From Spirogloea muscicola (lineage: Eukaryota): a stretch of 64,000 bases of DNA. The translations under genes and the position numbers were made by a program. A model generated the notes under the pieces. The model was given only the letters and a program-made list of their open reading frames with translations, was not told where the DNA came from and searched no databases. Positions 1-13,745 of the stretch are shown here, piece by piece (the first letter of the stretch is position 1; the number at the start of each line of letters is the position of its first letter). The stretch covers positions 213,149 to 277,148 of the forward strand of contig WELB01000016.1 of assembly GCA_009602725.1 (NCBI GenBank). The letters are read 5' to 3'.

Positions 1-1880
1 AATCTGTGAATGCAGGCACACATTCCTTGGCACGGCCTGGCCGAGGTTAGCAGCTATTATGGCCTGGCGGTCTTGCTGAGATTTTCTTGCTGGGGTCCGT
101 GCTGCAGCTGCAGCATGCAATTCACCTGGTGCAGCAGAAGGGCACCGCGGCGCTGTACGGCGGCATCGTGCCGGCACTGCTGCGGTCGGTGACGTATGGC
201 TGCCTGCGCCTTGGCCTGTACGAGCCCTGTCGCAATGTACTCGCGCCTGAGCAGGGGCACCAGACAATTGTCGCCAAGATTGCCGCAGGCATCCTCTCGG
301 GATCCTTTGCAACTGCGGTCACAAACCCGTTGGACGTTGTTAAGGTTGCACTTTTCTGCTTTACTTGCCATGTGTTAGTGCGTGCATCTACTGCAAATAA
401 CGTCTAAGCAGGCTGCTTGCTTGACAGTATTTCTTACCTAGACCCAAGACCCATATCGTGCACAACGATGGTATATGCAGATGCATGTGTGCCACGACTT
501 ACTTCATGCCATGGCGTTCCAGGTGCATTTGCAAGTCAGCAGGAGCAAGGTTGATAGCAGGAAGAAACTGCTGGGCGTCCTGCACAACATTCTCGCACGG
601 GATGGCGTCCCGGGGCTCTGGAAGGGTGTGTGGCCGTCCATGGCACGCGCATCAGCCCTGACCGCGGCGCAGTGCGCCACATATGACGAGTGCAAGCAGG
701 TGGGTAACAAAGCAGGGGACATATCCTGTCTACCCAGCAAACTGTCATCCTGGTTTCAAAGCCACATACTGCCTGTCGTGCTTGACCAGAAGTTGAGCTT
801 CATCAGACAGGAAGGCTGTGGCAGCGGCGCAGTGCTCTGGACCCTATGCGTGACTTGATTAGTGAGTCCTATACTTGAAGCCCATTGAACCCGCTTGACC
901 TCAGGGGTTACTTGAACATGCAGGCCCTGGCAAGGCGGTGCGCAATTTCAGAGGGGCTCACCTTGCACCTTAGGTGAGTGGTCCTTTCTTAAAGTTGCAA
1001 CCAACAACACGTAATACTTGTAATTTAACACTCTTTGACTCTAGACTCGCATGTCATGAGCTGTAAGCTCTCAAGAAGCCATGCACCTCCATGGCAACCT
1101 ATTGCTCTTCCAAACCGGCTTGCAGCTGAACTGTCACCCTGCTTGCACCTTCAATGACCAAATTCTAAGGCCGCCTAGGACATCTCCTGTGTACAGTGCC
1201 AGCATGCTGGCCGGCTTTGCAGCCACGAGCGTCGCTGCCCCGTTTGACACGGTGAAGACGCGCATGATGGCTGTGCGCCTACTTCCCGGCTCTACTCGAC
1301 CTTACCGCCACAGCTTTGACTGCGCATACCGGGTGAGGCGTTCGTCCCGAGGCCATCCAAGGGGCAGCAGCATCCAGCTCGATGCTCTTGTGGGCTTGTG
1401 CCGTGAGCTGCATCGTCATAGCCAAAGGCATGGTAGGCAGTCACCCTTGCTCGTCGCTCCAGCTGCGCTTTCACTTTGACCACCGAGCGAATTTCTGCTG
1501 CGGACTGACAGATTGTCCAGACTGAAGGGCTGCTTAGCCTCTACAAAGGGTGGGTTCCTGCCTGCCTACATGCCATTTGCACCAGACAATCAGAGATGCA
1601 CTTCCGCATCAGAGTGCGAGTTGTCGCTCCTTGCAGCTGGCCTGTCCATCCCATGCAATGTTCTTCTTAGTCTACTTCTATGTAGGCTTATCTGATGTGG
1701 ACAATACCCACCAACGTGGCGCATACTTGCCCTTTTGGGACGCCGGCAATCACAATGCTCTCCCCCCCCTTGGTGCCTGTCAGGTGGACTGCCAATTACG
1801 CGAGGCTGGGTCCTCAAACAGCAATCACCTTTGTGGTCTACGAGAAGCTGCGCCACGCCGTAGGCTTGTCCAGTCTATAG
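1..1880 (+). CDS. Mitochondrial carrier family protein (UCP-like), 5'-partial, multi-exon
   Basis: Exons about 110-344, 523-699, 924-973, 1197-1332, 1512-1549 and 1784-1880 with GT-AG ends. They give MCF motifs TNPLDVVKV, APFDTVKTRMM, GLWKGVWPSMARA, YGCLRLGLYEP and ANYARLGPQTAITFVVYEKLR. Start lies upstream of or at the window edge. Confidence 0.9.
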
Positions 1881-2330
1881 CTCAAGATGTACAACACATG
1901 CCCTTACCCTGACCAAGACCCTGACCGCCTCCTCATGTTGCTGTGCTATGTTGTGTGTTCTTGAGGAGTACAACCCTCTGCAAGTCGCCCATCTTCTGCA
2001 GTCATGTCAAAGCTAAGCTGCATGACTATTCTTTCATTCTTTCGCTGATGTGGCTTTTTGTTTCACCACATGGGCAGCGCTTATTCAGCTTCTGTCGAGA
2101 ATTGAATTCGTCAACACTGCTGGTGTATGATGCTGGCAGAAAATCACAATGTGTGAAGAGCCAAGCCAGGATAAAGACCCTGAACTCGAAGCTTGGAAAG
2201 GTACGAGGTCAATGGATGATAGGCAACCTGCCCAGCCCGAGTGCGTGCAAATTGAGCAGCTTCAGAGCGAGCAGTCAAAGCCGTTGCAAGGGTGTGTTGT
2301 CATTCTCTTTTGCGCAACTTGATGCAGCAC

Positions 2331-5300
2331 TCACCCGCGCTTGTCGCCCTCGGGTCCAAGCGCCGAGGATGGCCCAGCTGCCGTCGAATGGTCCCTCGCG
2401 CACAGGCGGTAGAGCAGCTTCGACTTGCACATCTGCTGCTCCCGCTGAAGCAGAAAAATAACGTCCGCCACCGAAATCGTGCGCCGCAAGCCCAGCCGCC
2501 GTCCCAGTGACATGCCTGGTGGCCGGCCCGTTGAACCCTGGATGGTTGATTGACTACCACCTGATGTCCTCTGGGTGGCACTGCTCGTGCCTTCGACGCC
2601 CTGAGGGGCTCCTTCTCGGGACTCATCCGTTTCGGAGCTGCCGCCTCTGCCAGCGCTGCCTGGTCGCCCGGTGGCTGCGGGCGAATCTGCTGGTTCATAG
2701 TTTGCAAAAGCATTGAAGGCATAGTATGCTTAGTTTCCAGTCAAGGACTAATGAGTAGCTAATGCAATGCTGAACTTCTTTGCAAGCTCAGATCAGCATG
2801 TCCTGCTTGCAGTTACACAGGTTGCCAGTTATGTGCAGGTAAGCAGTCTCATATCGGAAGGGGATGGGCGGGACCACACTGTACTACCTGGCGGCAACCT
2901 TTCTCGGGCGCCCTGCCCAGCAAGTGGCGCAGACATGCCAGCGGCGGAGCCAGAGGATGACCCTGCCGCCGCTCTGTCGAGCTTCTTCTTGTTCAACGCC
3001 ATCTGCCATTGGAGCACTCGCTCGTCCACGCCAATGGCTTCCCGAGCTGCTCTATTGGCGGCTGTTGCCTTCATCTGTTCGTCCTGCAGCTCTTTTGCCT
3101 GCCAGAAGTACAGTCTAGTGTCATCACAGTGGCATGCCCAGCACTCCTTTCTCGACCTACCTCAGCCTGTGTATCTGATATGTAAGCCAAAAGGAGGTAT
3201 AGATATCAGACAAACACACAGGCTCTGCAAGAGTGACGTCACACAAAACAAGAGGTCACACTGCGGCACCTACCTGCTAGATCCATGTACCAAAGCTGAC
3301 CATCAGAGTTACCTTGAGAGCTTTCAGTCGGAGCTCCTCCTTCTCAGCGTCGGTGATTGAGGCCTTGTCCTTCCCGCCCTTCTGTTGGCCAAGTTGGTGA
3401 GCGTGGGGTAGGCCAAGTTACTAGTCAGCCTCTGTAAAGTACACATAGTACTCCTTCCCTAGATAGAGGCCACATTTTAGAGCCACCAAGCAAGATTGCA
3501 ACTCTGTCTCGCATCGTGCACTTCATATCATAGCATCCGCCTCACCTCGTTGAGCAAGCGAAGCTGCTCCTGCTCCAGCGCCTCCCTTCGATCTAAAAGT
3601 TCCTTCTCACGTTGCCTAATCTTCTGGAGCTGCTGTGGCGTGTTCAGAGTGTACACTATTTTGTGTTTGCTCTTATGGTTGTCCTTTCTCTGCTCAACAC
3701 GGGGGGCAGAAAGCAAATCAAAACCCTGGCAATGTCCAGCAGAGGAGACGCAACAGAGGAAGTGCCCTGAGACATCATGACACTATTGTGCACGGATGCA
3801 CTTTGGGAATGTGGTGCTTACTCACAGTCAGGAAAGGAATGTTTCTCATAGCCTGCACCTACAGGAGTAAACGCAACCAGGCGACCTTGCTACTTGACCT
3901 GCTTGGAGAGCTTGACGAGGGTGTAGAGCATGGCCCGCAACCTCTCCTCTGCAGCCTGCGCCCCTCTCCAAGCACACCGTCACACATAAGTGTGTGCTGC
4001 CGCAAGACCAAGTGCAATATTTGTAGCGGCAAGTGCAATATCAACTGCTCAGGGCAATATCAGCAGAGCAGCAACACTGTGATATGCAATAAAAAGCATA
4101 CCATGGATATGCAGCGGTGCACTTCTGGATTGATGGCCTTCAAGCCATGACGCAGAGCTGCATGAAACACCGGAAATTTGGAGAGGCCCCAACATAAACG
4201 CCTTCATCTGGATGCTGCAATCATCATTGGACTGGACACCAAGGCACACAATGTGCAGCTGTCCTGCTCTTGCCGGTTACCTGCATGCTCAAATCTGGAC
4301 TTACCAATGTTCGTCAGCTTTGTCTGCAAAGCCACCCTGTCCAAGAAGAGCATGGATTCCTCCTCTCTAACGAGCTTTCTGACGGCCTCGGTAATGTGGC
4401 TTGCCTCCTTCGGAACCTGCAGCAGCTGCTCCTCCTCTTCCTGCACAGATGGAAACAAATGTGAGGCAGGGCACAAACAGGATCACATTGTAGCCATGCT
4501 TTAAGCATGCCAGGATGACTTCATAGAGTAAGTGAAAGCATATCATGGTCAAGCAAGCACAGCACAGCTCAACTAAATCGAGACAATACATGTCATCTAC
4601 TCTACTTGAGCAGCTGTGATTTAGCTGCACTCGCAAGGAGTAGATCTGTAAGTGCCGATGAGGAAGCCTAAGCTGCCATATGACGCCAATCAGGAGGTCA
4701 GAGCAGTCCTACCCTGAGGTTGACGCCGCTAACAGCAGTCACATCATTGAGTTGGTCAATAGACTGCTCCGCCTCCTGGGACCCTGGCTTTGCACGCTTG
4801 CTGTCATCGCGCAATGAGCAACACCTCAGATGCACGCAAAGGCCACCTTCCAAGCTTCAAGCGCAAAGACAAGACATAAATGCCACAGACTTGGACTCGG
4901 GGCGGCTCAGCAACGCCGGCGGGTCAACCTAGGCGTCGCTGCTGCTTCGCCTGGCCACGCCGGCTCCAAAGTGCTCCTGCCCCTCTCGGCATCAGCTGCT
5001 GAGCCAGCGGCCGCAGGCAGGCCTCCCGGCCTGGCTGGCGCCTGCCAAGGAGGGGCGGCAATGGCAGGCGCAGCGCTCGACTTTGCAACAGCAGCAGCGA
5101 CTGGAGGAAGTATAGACTTCGGGGGCAAGGCTGCTGCCATCGTCACTTGCGCAACGGCAGGCCCGTCGCTGGCCTGCTGCGAAGCGTGAGCCGGCATTGC
5201 GGCCCTGAAGGTAGATGCGCCGCCGAGCGAGCCCGCCGGGGCCGCTGCAGGGCGGCCTGCCAGCGCAGCCTGGCCCCTGCCAAAGCCCGAGCCGCTCGCC

Positions 5301-7408
5301 TGGACAGCACGGCCATGCCAGGCCCACCACAGCAGCCCCCTTGTGAGTGAGCGGTCTCCACGAAGCTCATACGTCTGTGCAAGCCAGAGGCGCTCGACAA
5401 CAGCAGAGATCACCAGAGGGGCTGCTCTCACCGTGGCGGCGGAGGCAGGCGCTGACCCCGCGATGGGCTTTGCCCCAGGAACCAGCCTCGAAGGCGTCGC
5501 GGCCCCGGGACTCGCTCGGGCAGTGGTGGCAACAGCTGCTGGCGGCAGACTGGTGCCACCGCCACGGCCGGCTGCCGAGCCTGCTGCTGGCATGAACAAC
5601 TTGCCCTTCTTCGGCGGCAGCGGCCTCGCCTGCTGCAGTTGCAGCTGCTTCCTCGCACTGCTCGTGTTGCTGTCCGACGTACGTCCTGCCAGCGGCACGT
5701 CCTCGAGGTCGTCACTGTCGCCACTGTCGCCATCGCTGGCCATCGCACGCTGCTGTGCAGCTTCGTCCCTGCCCAGCGCCTCACTCAGCTCCTCCTCCAG
5801 CAGCCGCGCCTCCTCGCTGTTGCCCTCCTCGTTGTCGCTGTCGTAGTCCTCCTCGTCGTCCTCGTCGGCCTCCTCGGGGCTGAGCTGGCCGGCCCTCAAC
5901 GCAACTGAGCGCTGCGCAGGGCCGCTGACAAGCTCCTGCTTGTCGAAGCCCTCGCGGCGCTGGTGATGCACCTCCTCGCGCCGCCGCTTGTTCAACTCCC
6001 GCTTCCTCTGGCGCCGCAACTCCTCCAACTCCGCACGCTGCCGCTCCGCCAGGAGCTTGGCCGCCTGCTCCGCGGCCACCTTGGGGGGCATTGGGGAGGA
6101 AGCGAGTGCAGGAGGCGCAAGCAGCCGCATCGGCGGTGGCGCCAGCGGGGCCAGGTCAAGCTCCATCGGCTCCAGCTTGGGTGCAGCCAGCTTCTGATGA
6201 GCCAGCGGCCCTGACTGCGATGCCGGCATTGCCGATCTTGGGAAAGCCAGCTGGTGCTGCTGCGGGGGCGGAGGCGCGACGAGCTGCTGCCGAACCACCG
6301 GCATGCCGCGGGCGGCGCTTGTGCCGGTGGCGACCAAGGGGGCGTCTGGTCGCTGCGTCCCGGCCGCTGCGGCGGCCTGGCGCTGCAGCATCAGTTGCTG
6401 CTGTTGCAGCATCGATTTCTGCAGGGCGTCAAAGGCTCCAGCTCCATCAGATGCAGCCTCCATTGCAGCTTGCCGTGGCGGCGGTGGCGGCGAAAACGGT
6501 GCTCGCGCTGCCAATGCTGACGGCTAATGGCGACGGGTGCCTCCAACGTGCTCGTTGCACGCGGCGACACCAACAGGTGCCTCGTGAGTGCACACACCTC
6601 TCGCATCTGCTTGATGGCGCGCATGAGGAGGTCGTCTCCGACGACGCTCCGTGCGCTACGAACAAAGTCGTCGCGCGAGATGAGGTTCAGCTGCCACCGC
6701 AGCCGCCGCCGCCGTCGTTGCAGTCAGACATTGCACGGCTGCCATCGGCCTGCACTAGCAGCGGGCGAGAGCGTGGGAAGAGGCACTGACCTCCATCTTC
6801 TGCTGGAGCTGGTCGAGCGCGCACGCCTGCTCCAGGGGGATGTGCGGCCTCAGCATTGGCACCAGCAGGCTGAAGGTCTGGCTCACGGTGGTCTTGCGTG
6901 GCGGCGCCACCGGTGGCGGCGGCTGCGGCGGCGGCTGCTGTTGCGGCGGATGCCTTTGCGGCGGCAACGCAGCCGCGGCCATTTGCAGGCCCTGCTGCTG
7001 TCGCTGCTGCTGCGGCAGCTGCTGCGGCAGAGCCTGCCGGTGCAGCGCGTAGTCGTGGCGAGGAGCGTGCTGCTGCGGCATGGCAGCATACAGCCCGCCG
7101 AGCTGCTGCGGCGGCTGCTGCGCCTGCGGCGCCCACATCGCCGCATCGCTGCCCATTCTCGCACCGCCGCTTGCGCCGCCGCCGCCGCCGCCGCCGCCGC
7201 CGTAGCCTGTCCCCCACGTCCCGCAGCCACTCCGCGAGTGAGCGCCGGCAGCACAGCTGCCTGCTCGGCGGCTGTTGCACTCACCCGACACTGCGGCGAG
7301 GCTGCTCTTGTGAGCACCTGATAAGACGGCGGGGCCGCGCGCAAAGGCGGCCCCGGGCTGACCCGCCACCGCCGGGCCAGCGCTGCGGCCGTAGCCGCCG
7401 CCGCCACC
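2331..7408 (-). CDS. TAF4: TFIID subunit TAF4 (RST domain + TAF4 histone-fold/C-terminal region), start lost in N-gap
   Basis: RST-like exons (FSLLVPMLRPHI...LNLISRDDFVRSARSVVGDDLLMRAIKQM). TAF4 motifs [37 protein letters not shown] and RTISVADVIFLLQREQQMCKSKLLYRL; stop at 2331. Confidence 0.9.
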
Positions 7409-8020
7409 NNNNNNNNNNNNNNNNNNNNNNNNNNNNNNNNNNNNNNNNNNNNNNNNNNNNNNNNNNNNNNNNNNNNNNNNNNNNNNNNNNNNNNNNNNNN
7501 NNNNNNNNNNNNNNNNNNNNNNNNNNNNNNNNNNNNNNNNNNNNNNNNNNNNNNNNNNNNNNNNNNNNNNNNNNNNNNNNNNNNNNNNNNNNNNNNNNNN
7601 NNNNNNNNNNNNNNNNNNNNNNNNNNNNNNNNNNNNNNNNNNNNNNNNNNNNNNNNNNNNNNNNNNNNNNNNNNNNNNNNNNNNNNNNNNNNNNNNNNNN
7701 NNNNNNNNNNNNNNNNNNNNNNNNNNNNNNNNNNNNNNNNNNNNNNNNNNNNNNNNNNNNNNNNNNNNNNNNNNNNNNNNNNNNNNNNNNNNNNNNNNNN
7801 NNNNNNNNNNNNNNNNNNNNNNNNNNNNNNNNNNNNNNNNNNNNNNNNNNNNNNNNNNNNNNNNNNNNNNNNNNNNNNNNNNNNNNNNNNNNNNNNNNNN
7901 NNNNNNNNNNNNNNNNNNNNNNNNNNNNNNNNNNNNNNNNNNNNNNNNCGCCGCCGCAGCCGCCGCCGCCGCGGCCCTGGGCCAACGTCGCCGCCGCGCC
8001 GCCGCGCCCTTCTCCCGTCG

Positions 8021-8607
8021 ATGACGCAGCAGGCGCAGCTTTTCAAGGGGCAGCCTAAGCGACGGCAGGCCGGCGCCAAGAAGCTCAGCCGCGCAGCCGC
8101 CGTCGCCACCAAGAAGGGTGAGCAGGCGCTGCTAGCCCGCCGTCGCCGGCGGCCGGCGCGCCGCACTTCCCGCCGCAGTCCCCGCGGCTGACGGGGCTGC
8201 CGTCCGGCGCGTGCGCGGCAGGCCGAGTGGCGAAGCCTCCGAAGAAGGCCACAGCCGCCGCAAAAGAAAGCCAGGTGAGCCCTGGTCCACACTCCAGGCC
8301 GTCTCCACCGCCGTTGACGGTGGCTCCGGAGGCCGTCACGACCGGTCTGCCGCACATCTAACACGTCCCAGAAGCGGCCACCGCTGACAGCCGCCAGCAG
8401 CGGACCGTGACTGGCGGCGCCTGGCCAGTCTGCCTAAGAGTGGACAGCCGTATGGCCGCCACGCAGGAGGTGACGAAGCTCGTGAATCGCGCCAACGAGA
8501 TGAAAGCGGCTGCGCTGGCCGCCAAGGACGGCTCGCGGCTCCGCCTCGTGAAGCCGCCACCGCCACCAGCAGGCACGGCCGCCCCCACCATGGCGCCGCG
8601 GAAGTGA
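8021..8607 (+). CDS. Small basic DUF2462/UPF0390 (C19orf53/L10K-like) protein, 3 exons
   Basis: Exons 8021-8117, 8222-8274 and 8467-8607 splice in frame to MTQQAQLFKGQPKRRQAGAKKLSRAAAVATKKGRVAKPPKKATAAAKESQEVTKLVNRANEMKAAALAAKDGSRLRLVKPP..., matching my recollection of the plant family. Not shown as one ORF in the track. Confidence 0.75.
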
Positions 8608-9631
8608 CAGCAGCACGGCGGCATGGCGGCATCGCGCCCTGGTCGCGGCTCCACGCCCTAGTTGCGTATACATGGAGCCAAAGCAGCAACTGCCCAGGGC
8701 TGTTACACCTGACGTCACAGCATGTGAAGCTTATGGCACCAGCAAAGGCGTCATATGGACAATGTCTTGGCTGCACGACAAGACAACCTCCTGGCTGCAC
8801 GACACGTCTTTATGGGGCCAGGAAAAGCTCGAACTAGAAAGACCGCTGGTGCAGACAAGATTGACGGTCCTGCATTTGGTCATGACTTTGAGCCAGGTTC
8901 TGCTAGGCGTGCCAAACAAGAGGCAGGCTGCTAGATGCCCAAGTCAGGGAGTCGGCATTGCCGCCAATAAATATAAGCAGGTGGTGAGCCAGAAGAGGCC
9001 CCCTAGAACGCATCTTTTACATATCTGTCAGTCGTGGGCTGCAGGCGAAGCTGCTCAGCCTGGCGATTAGACGTGGTGGCAGTCCCAGCTTTGCTGGCAG
9101 ACCTCTTTCTCGGCCAGTCAGGCCTGAGCTGCTCTCCAGGCTGCTCGCTCGCTTCAAGAGGAGCTGCTTACAGATGGAGCGAGCAGGCCGCTGACAAAGA
9201 GGTATGGATGGTGGTAGGTGAACGGGCGTTGCGTTGGGCGTGAGAGAAAGGGGCACAGCGAACCAAGAGCGAGCAGGGAAGAGGGAGTAGGAGCAGAGAG
9301 GCAGGGAAAGAGGAGGGGTTGCTGCAAGAGAAGTCGCGGTTGCTGCAAGAGCCAGTAGCAGCAACAGCCATTGTGGCACTGGACAGACACTGGCGGTACA
9401 TAGCCGTGGCCAACAAACGGGAAGCCTCTGTGAGGCACACGCGAGCGCCCTGGCTAGCAGCAGCGGTGGTCGTCAGCTGGGTGGCTGAGCCGCCGCCGAG
9501 GCCTTCCTGCGCACCCTCCGCCAGCCAAGAGGTGCTGCGAGAATGAGAGGTTGTATGCCACTCCAAGACTTGACCAGCGACAACACTTGACGCAGGGGCG
9601 CTGGCTGGCTGCAAGAGGCGAGGCAGCGCAC

Positions 9632-12387
9632 CTACCTAGCCATGCCGAGCGGCGACAAGGCCGCCAGCTGTGCCCGCTGCCCAGCCCCTGCCGCAGCAGC
9701 TTCTGCCACAGGGGAGGACAGCCGGCGGCTGCTTCGCTGCTCTAAGCGGGCAGTGGCTGCCTCAGCACGCAGCGCCTCCACCTGTTTGTCACGCGCCGCC
9801 ACCTCGCGCCGGAACTTCTTGCCCTCCGACTCGAGCGCCTTGGCCAATGTCTCCACGCGCTTTGAGAGTATCTGCAACCGCACAGTCGTGTCGCGGATCC
9901 TCCTGAGTTAGCAGCCCGCCGAGCACGACAGACAGTGCCTCCAAAGTGAGAAGAAGAGGAGCCAGGAGCACCTCGGTCGCGTCGTCCTTGTCCTTGAGCG
10001 TCTGCTCTTTCTCTACGGCCGCCCGTCGCAGTGCCAGCACTTCCCGTTGCAGCGTGTTGTACAGCACGTCCGACACTGCCGCCGGCTCGTCAACAACTCC
10101 GTGGTGGCACTCGCCCAGGAGCACACCATTGAGAGCCCCCCCCCTTCCCGCTCCGGCAGCTCCCTCACCAAGGCTCAGCTCGTCCAGCTGGGACGCGACC
10201 GAGCGGTCGCTGTTGTCGGACCGCGGCGACATCATGGGCGGGGTGCGCGATGTGCTGGTCGGAAGCCGGCGCAGCACAGCTCCGGCGCCAGCATTGTTGG
10301 GCGATCTCAACCCCTCCTCCAGCACCTTGAGCCGCAGCTGGTACTTCTCCTGCATGACATGCGGTGCGGTACGATTGCAGAGGGAGACGGGATTGGGGAG
10401 GGGGAGAAGTGGAGAAGGAGGCAGGGAGGCAAGGAGAACCTTGAGCATCTGCTCCGACCGGCAGCTCCGGTCAGCAATCGCCAGCTTCTCACGTAACGCC
10501 TGCGCCTCGCCCTGCAGAGCCAGTGGTAAGCAGCAGGATGAGAGGACAGCACCAAGCCCAAGAAGCAAGCCGCCGCAGCCGCAGTGTAGCAAAGGGGGGG
10601 GGGGGGATCATGCTCACCAGCAGATGCTTGCGTTCGTCTAGCCACTGCTTCATGGGGATGACCTTGTCGATGTTGTCCTTCCAGTCGTTGGCAACCGCCA
10701 CCGCCACCCGCGTCGCCTGCACCTTGGCGCGCTGCAGCTCCTCATCCGCCCCGCGCCGCTCCCCCTGCAGCTCAGCAATCTGCTGCTGGAGGTGCTTGAT
10801 GGTGCTGGCGGAGCTGCCGGCAGCAGTGAGCGCCTCCTCTAGCTCTGCGATACGGGCCGCGCCCTCCTTCACCTCCTCCACTTTCTGCCGATACTGCCGC
10901 TCAAAGACCTTGCACTCCTCCTGCCAGCCCACACACCACCAACGGCGACTCTCTGACAGCATAAGAGTCCAGCCACCACCATCAGCAAGAACGCAGGCAG
11001 GGGGTGAGGAAGAGAGGAGGGAGGGAGGAGGAGGAGGGCCACATGCCCTTTCCTTGCTTCCAAACCAGGCAGCTCGAGCCAGCCCAGGGCAGAAGCCGGC
11101 CTGGCCTTACGCTGCCGCCGTCACCGCAAATGTCTGGTCTGGCGGCCTTGGCATGCGCACCTGGAGTCGTTCAATCTGCTTGCCGAGCAGCAGGTTGGAG
11201 TTCTGGAGGCCCTCGAACGCCGCGATGCGCGCCTCGGCGGCCACCGCCTTCTTGCTCGTGTCCACGATGGCCGCCTCCTTTGCGCGCATCAGCCGCTCCT
11301 GCGCCTTGCACAGTTCCTGCAGCCTCGCCACCTGTTGCCACCGCACGCACGTGAGCCCAGCTCGCCATGAGGGCTCTTCCCGCGCAGCTGGGACGGCGCC
11401 AGCTGATGCCAGCTGGCTGGCTGCAGCGAGAGCCCCTGCCAAGGAGGTTAATGATCGCACCTCCTGCTGCGACAGCCTGAGGTCGGCCTCGAGCGGTGCC
11501 AGGATCTCGCGCTGCAGCGGCACCACCACGTCCTTGGTGCCCGCCTGCAGCCGCCGCGCGGTGGCCTCCGCCGCCTCCTTGGACGCCAGGGCCGCCTTCT
11601 TCAGCCCCTCCAGCCGCTTCACCTCCGCATTCTGCACGAGCCACGCCGCCGTCGCCGCCGAGTCAGCGTTAGTCTGCTGGCGCATCCAGTAGGCAACTCC
11701 AGCGCACAATCCTCCGCGTACTCCACCACAGCCTCTGTACCTTGTCGGCCAGCTGCAGCTCCGCGAAGGCCAGCTTGTCCCGCAGCTTGCTTGCCTCCTC
11801 CGACAGCTGGCAAGGCGGCGCCGCGAGAGCGAGCATGAGCACGCACAGTTGGCGGGTCAGCTTGCAGGCTTAGCACAGACGCTTCCACTACGAGCTGGAG
11901 CAGGTTGTCCCAGCCCGCTGCAAACAACACCTGGCTGGTGGCAACGAGGTAGACGCAAGGTGTGCAAGAGGCACAGCAGGTGGGGAAAGACCTGCGAGAC
12001 GGCCCGGTCCTTGTTGTGCTCCGTCTGCCGCAGCGCCTTGTTCTCGGCGGCCATCGCCTCCAGCTCCCGCAGCTTGCCTGCGGCGTAGGGGCAAGAGCAC
12101 GGCCTTCAGGCACCGCTGCCGCTGGCAACGGCCGCCGAGCCCGGGATGACCAAGGCCGCCGGCGCATCGCAGGTGCATTGCGGCGGCGGCGGCAGGGCTG
12201 GTGCGTGGGAAAGGCAGGGACAGGCTCTCTCGCCTTTCAGCTCATTCTCGAGGCGCGCGAGCTCCATGTGCACGGCATCGGAGCCGAGGCCCGCCACGAC
12301 CCCCGCCGCCGGCGCCAGCGGGCGCCTGCCTCTCGCCGGCAGCGGGCTCCGCTTGGCCGCCGGCGACGCCCGCTGGCCGCCATTGTC
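9632..12387 (-). CDS. MAP70: Microtubule-associated protein 70 (MAP70), start in N-gap
   Basis: DAVHMELARLENELK, AENKALRQTE, VAVAVANDWKD..DKVIPMKQWLDERKHL, KEKYQLRLKVLEEGL, LYNTLQREVLALRRA and ILSKRVETLAKALESEGKKFRREVAA, in the expected order. Confidence 0.92.
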
Positions 12388-13062
12388 NNNNNNNNNNNNN
12401 NNNNNNNNNNNNNNNNNNNNNNNNNNNNNNNNNNNNNNNNNNNNNNNNNNNNNNNNNNNNNNNNNNNNNNNNNNNNNNNNNNNNNNNNNNNNNNNNNNNN
12501 NNNNNNNNNNNNNNNNNNNNNNNNNNNNNNNNNNNNNNNNNNNNNNNNNNNNNNNNNNNNNNNNNNNNNNNNNNNNNNNNNNNNNNNNNNNNNNNNNNNN
12601 NNNNNNNNNNNNNNNNNNNNNNNNNNNNNNNNNNNNNNNNNNNNNNNNNNNNNNNNNNNNNNNNNNNNNNNNNNNNNNNNNNNNNNNNNNNNNNNNNNNN
12701 NNNNNNNNNNNNNNNNNNNNNNNNNNNNNNNNNNNNNNNNNNNNNNNNNNNNNNNNNNNNNNNNNNNNNNNNNNNNNNNNNNNNNNNNNNNNNNNNNNNN
12801 NNNNNNNNNNNNNNNNNNNNNNNNNNNNNNNNNNNNNNNNNNNNNNNNNNNNNNNNNNNNNNNNNNNNNNNNNNNNNNNNNNNNNNNNNNNNNNNNNNNN
12901 NNNNNNNNNNNNNNNNNNNNNNNNNNNNNNNNNNNNNNNNNNNNNNNNNNNNNNNNNNNNNNNNNNNNNNNNNNNNNNNNNNNNNNNNNNNNNNNNNNNN
13001 NNNNNNNNNNNNNNNNNNNNNNNNNNNNNNNNNNNNNNNNNNNNNNNNNNNNNNNNNNNNNN

Positions 13063-13745
13063 GCTCGGCGCTGGCGGCGGCGCTGCGGGCGGGCCTGGCG
13101 GCGCTGGACGACGGCGGCCCTGGCGGCGGCAACGCCGCCGTGCAGCCGCCACCTTTGCGTGCTGAGGAGGCCTTGGACCCATCGTCGTCTGCCGCCGCCA
13201 CGCACCGTAGCCGGCCCCCGAGCTTCGACGGTGTGAACGGCAGAGCCACTGACGACGATAACAGCGACAACGAAGTCGACGACGACGACAACGATGACAA
13301 TGACGCGGGGGGCGAGCTGGCTGCCCGGGTGGCCGCGCTGCTCGAGAGGCGCCTTCTCTGTCGGGGCTATGATGTGGAGCTGAGGTCGACGGCAGCTGCA
13401 GCGGTGGCTGACCCCGGCGGCGGCAGCCCCGACAGCGAGGGCGACGACGGTCGCGACCACAGTGCCTCGTGGGCTGCGCGTGAGCTTGAACTGGAGGAAC
13501 GGCAGGAGGCGCTGCTCGCCCAGTTGATTGGCAGGGACGCCGAGGGCGGCAGCGCTGCTGGAACAAGCGCAATGCACGGGTCAGGCTGTCCAAAAGACCA
13601 GGCAAAGCGCAGTCAGCATGCGTTCAGCGCCGTGGCGGCGGCGCCGGCTTTGCCAGAGCTCCCACCGGAGGTCCTCGTCCGCATGCAGGTCATTGCCGCC
13701 CGTCAACGGCGCGCAGGCATGAGCATCGTTGATGTCGGGTCTTGA
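13063..13745 (+). CDS. Hypothetical protein fragment (acidic/Ala-rich), 5' end in N-gap, 3' structure unresolved
   Basis: About 225-codon open frame leaving the gap, with an Asp-rich tract and a possible donor after EVLVRMQ. No recognisable domain. Confidence 0.45.

Noticed and set aside
6883..13745. Long track ORFs running through X stretches
   Set aside because: They are artefacts of translating across N-gaps.
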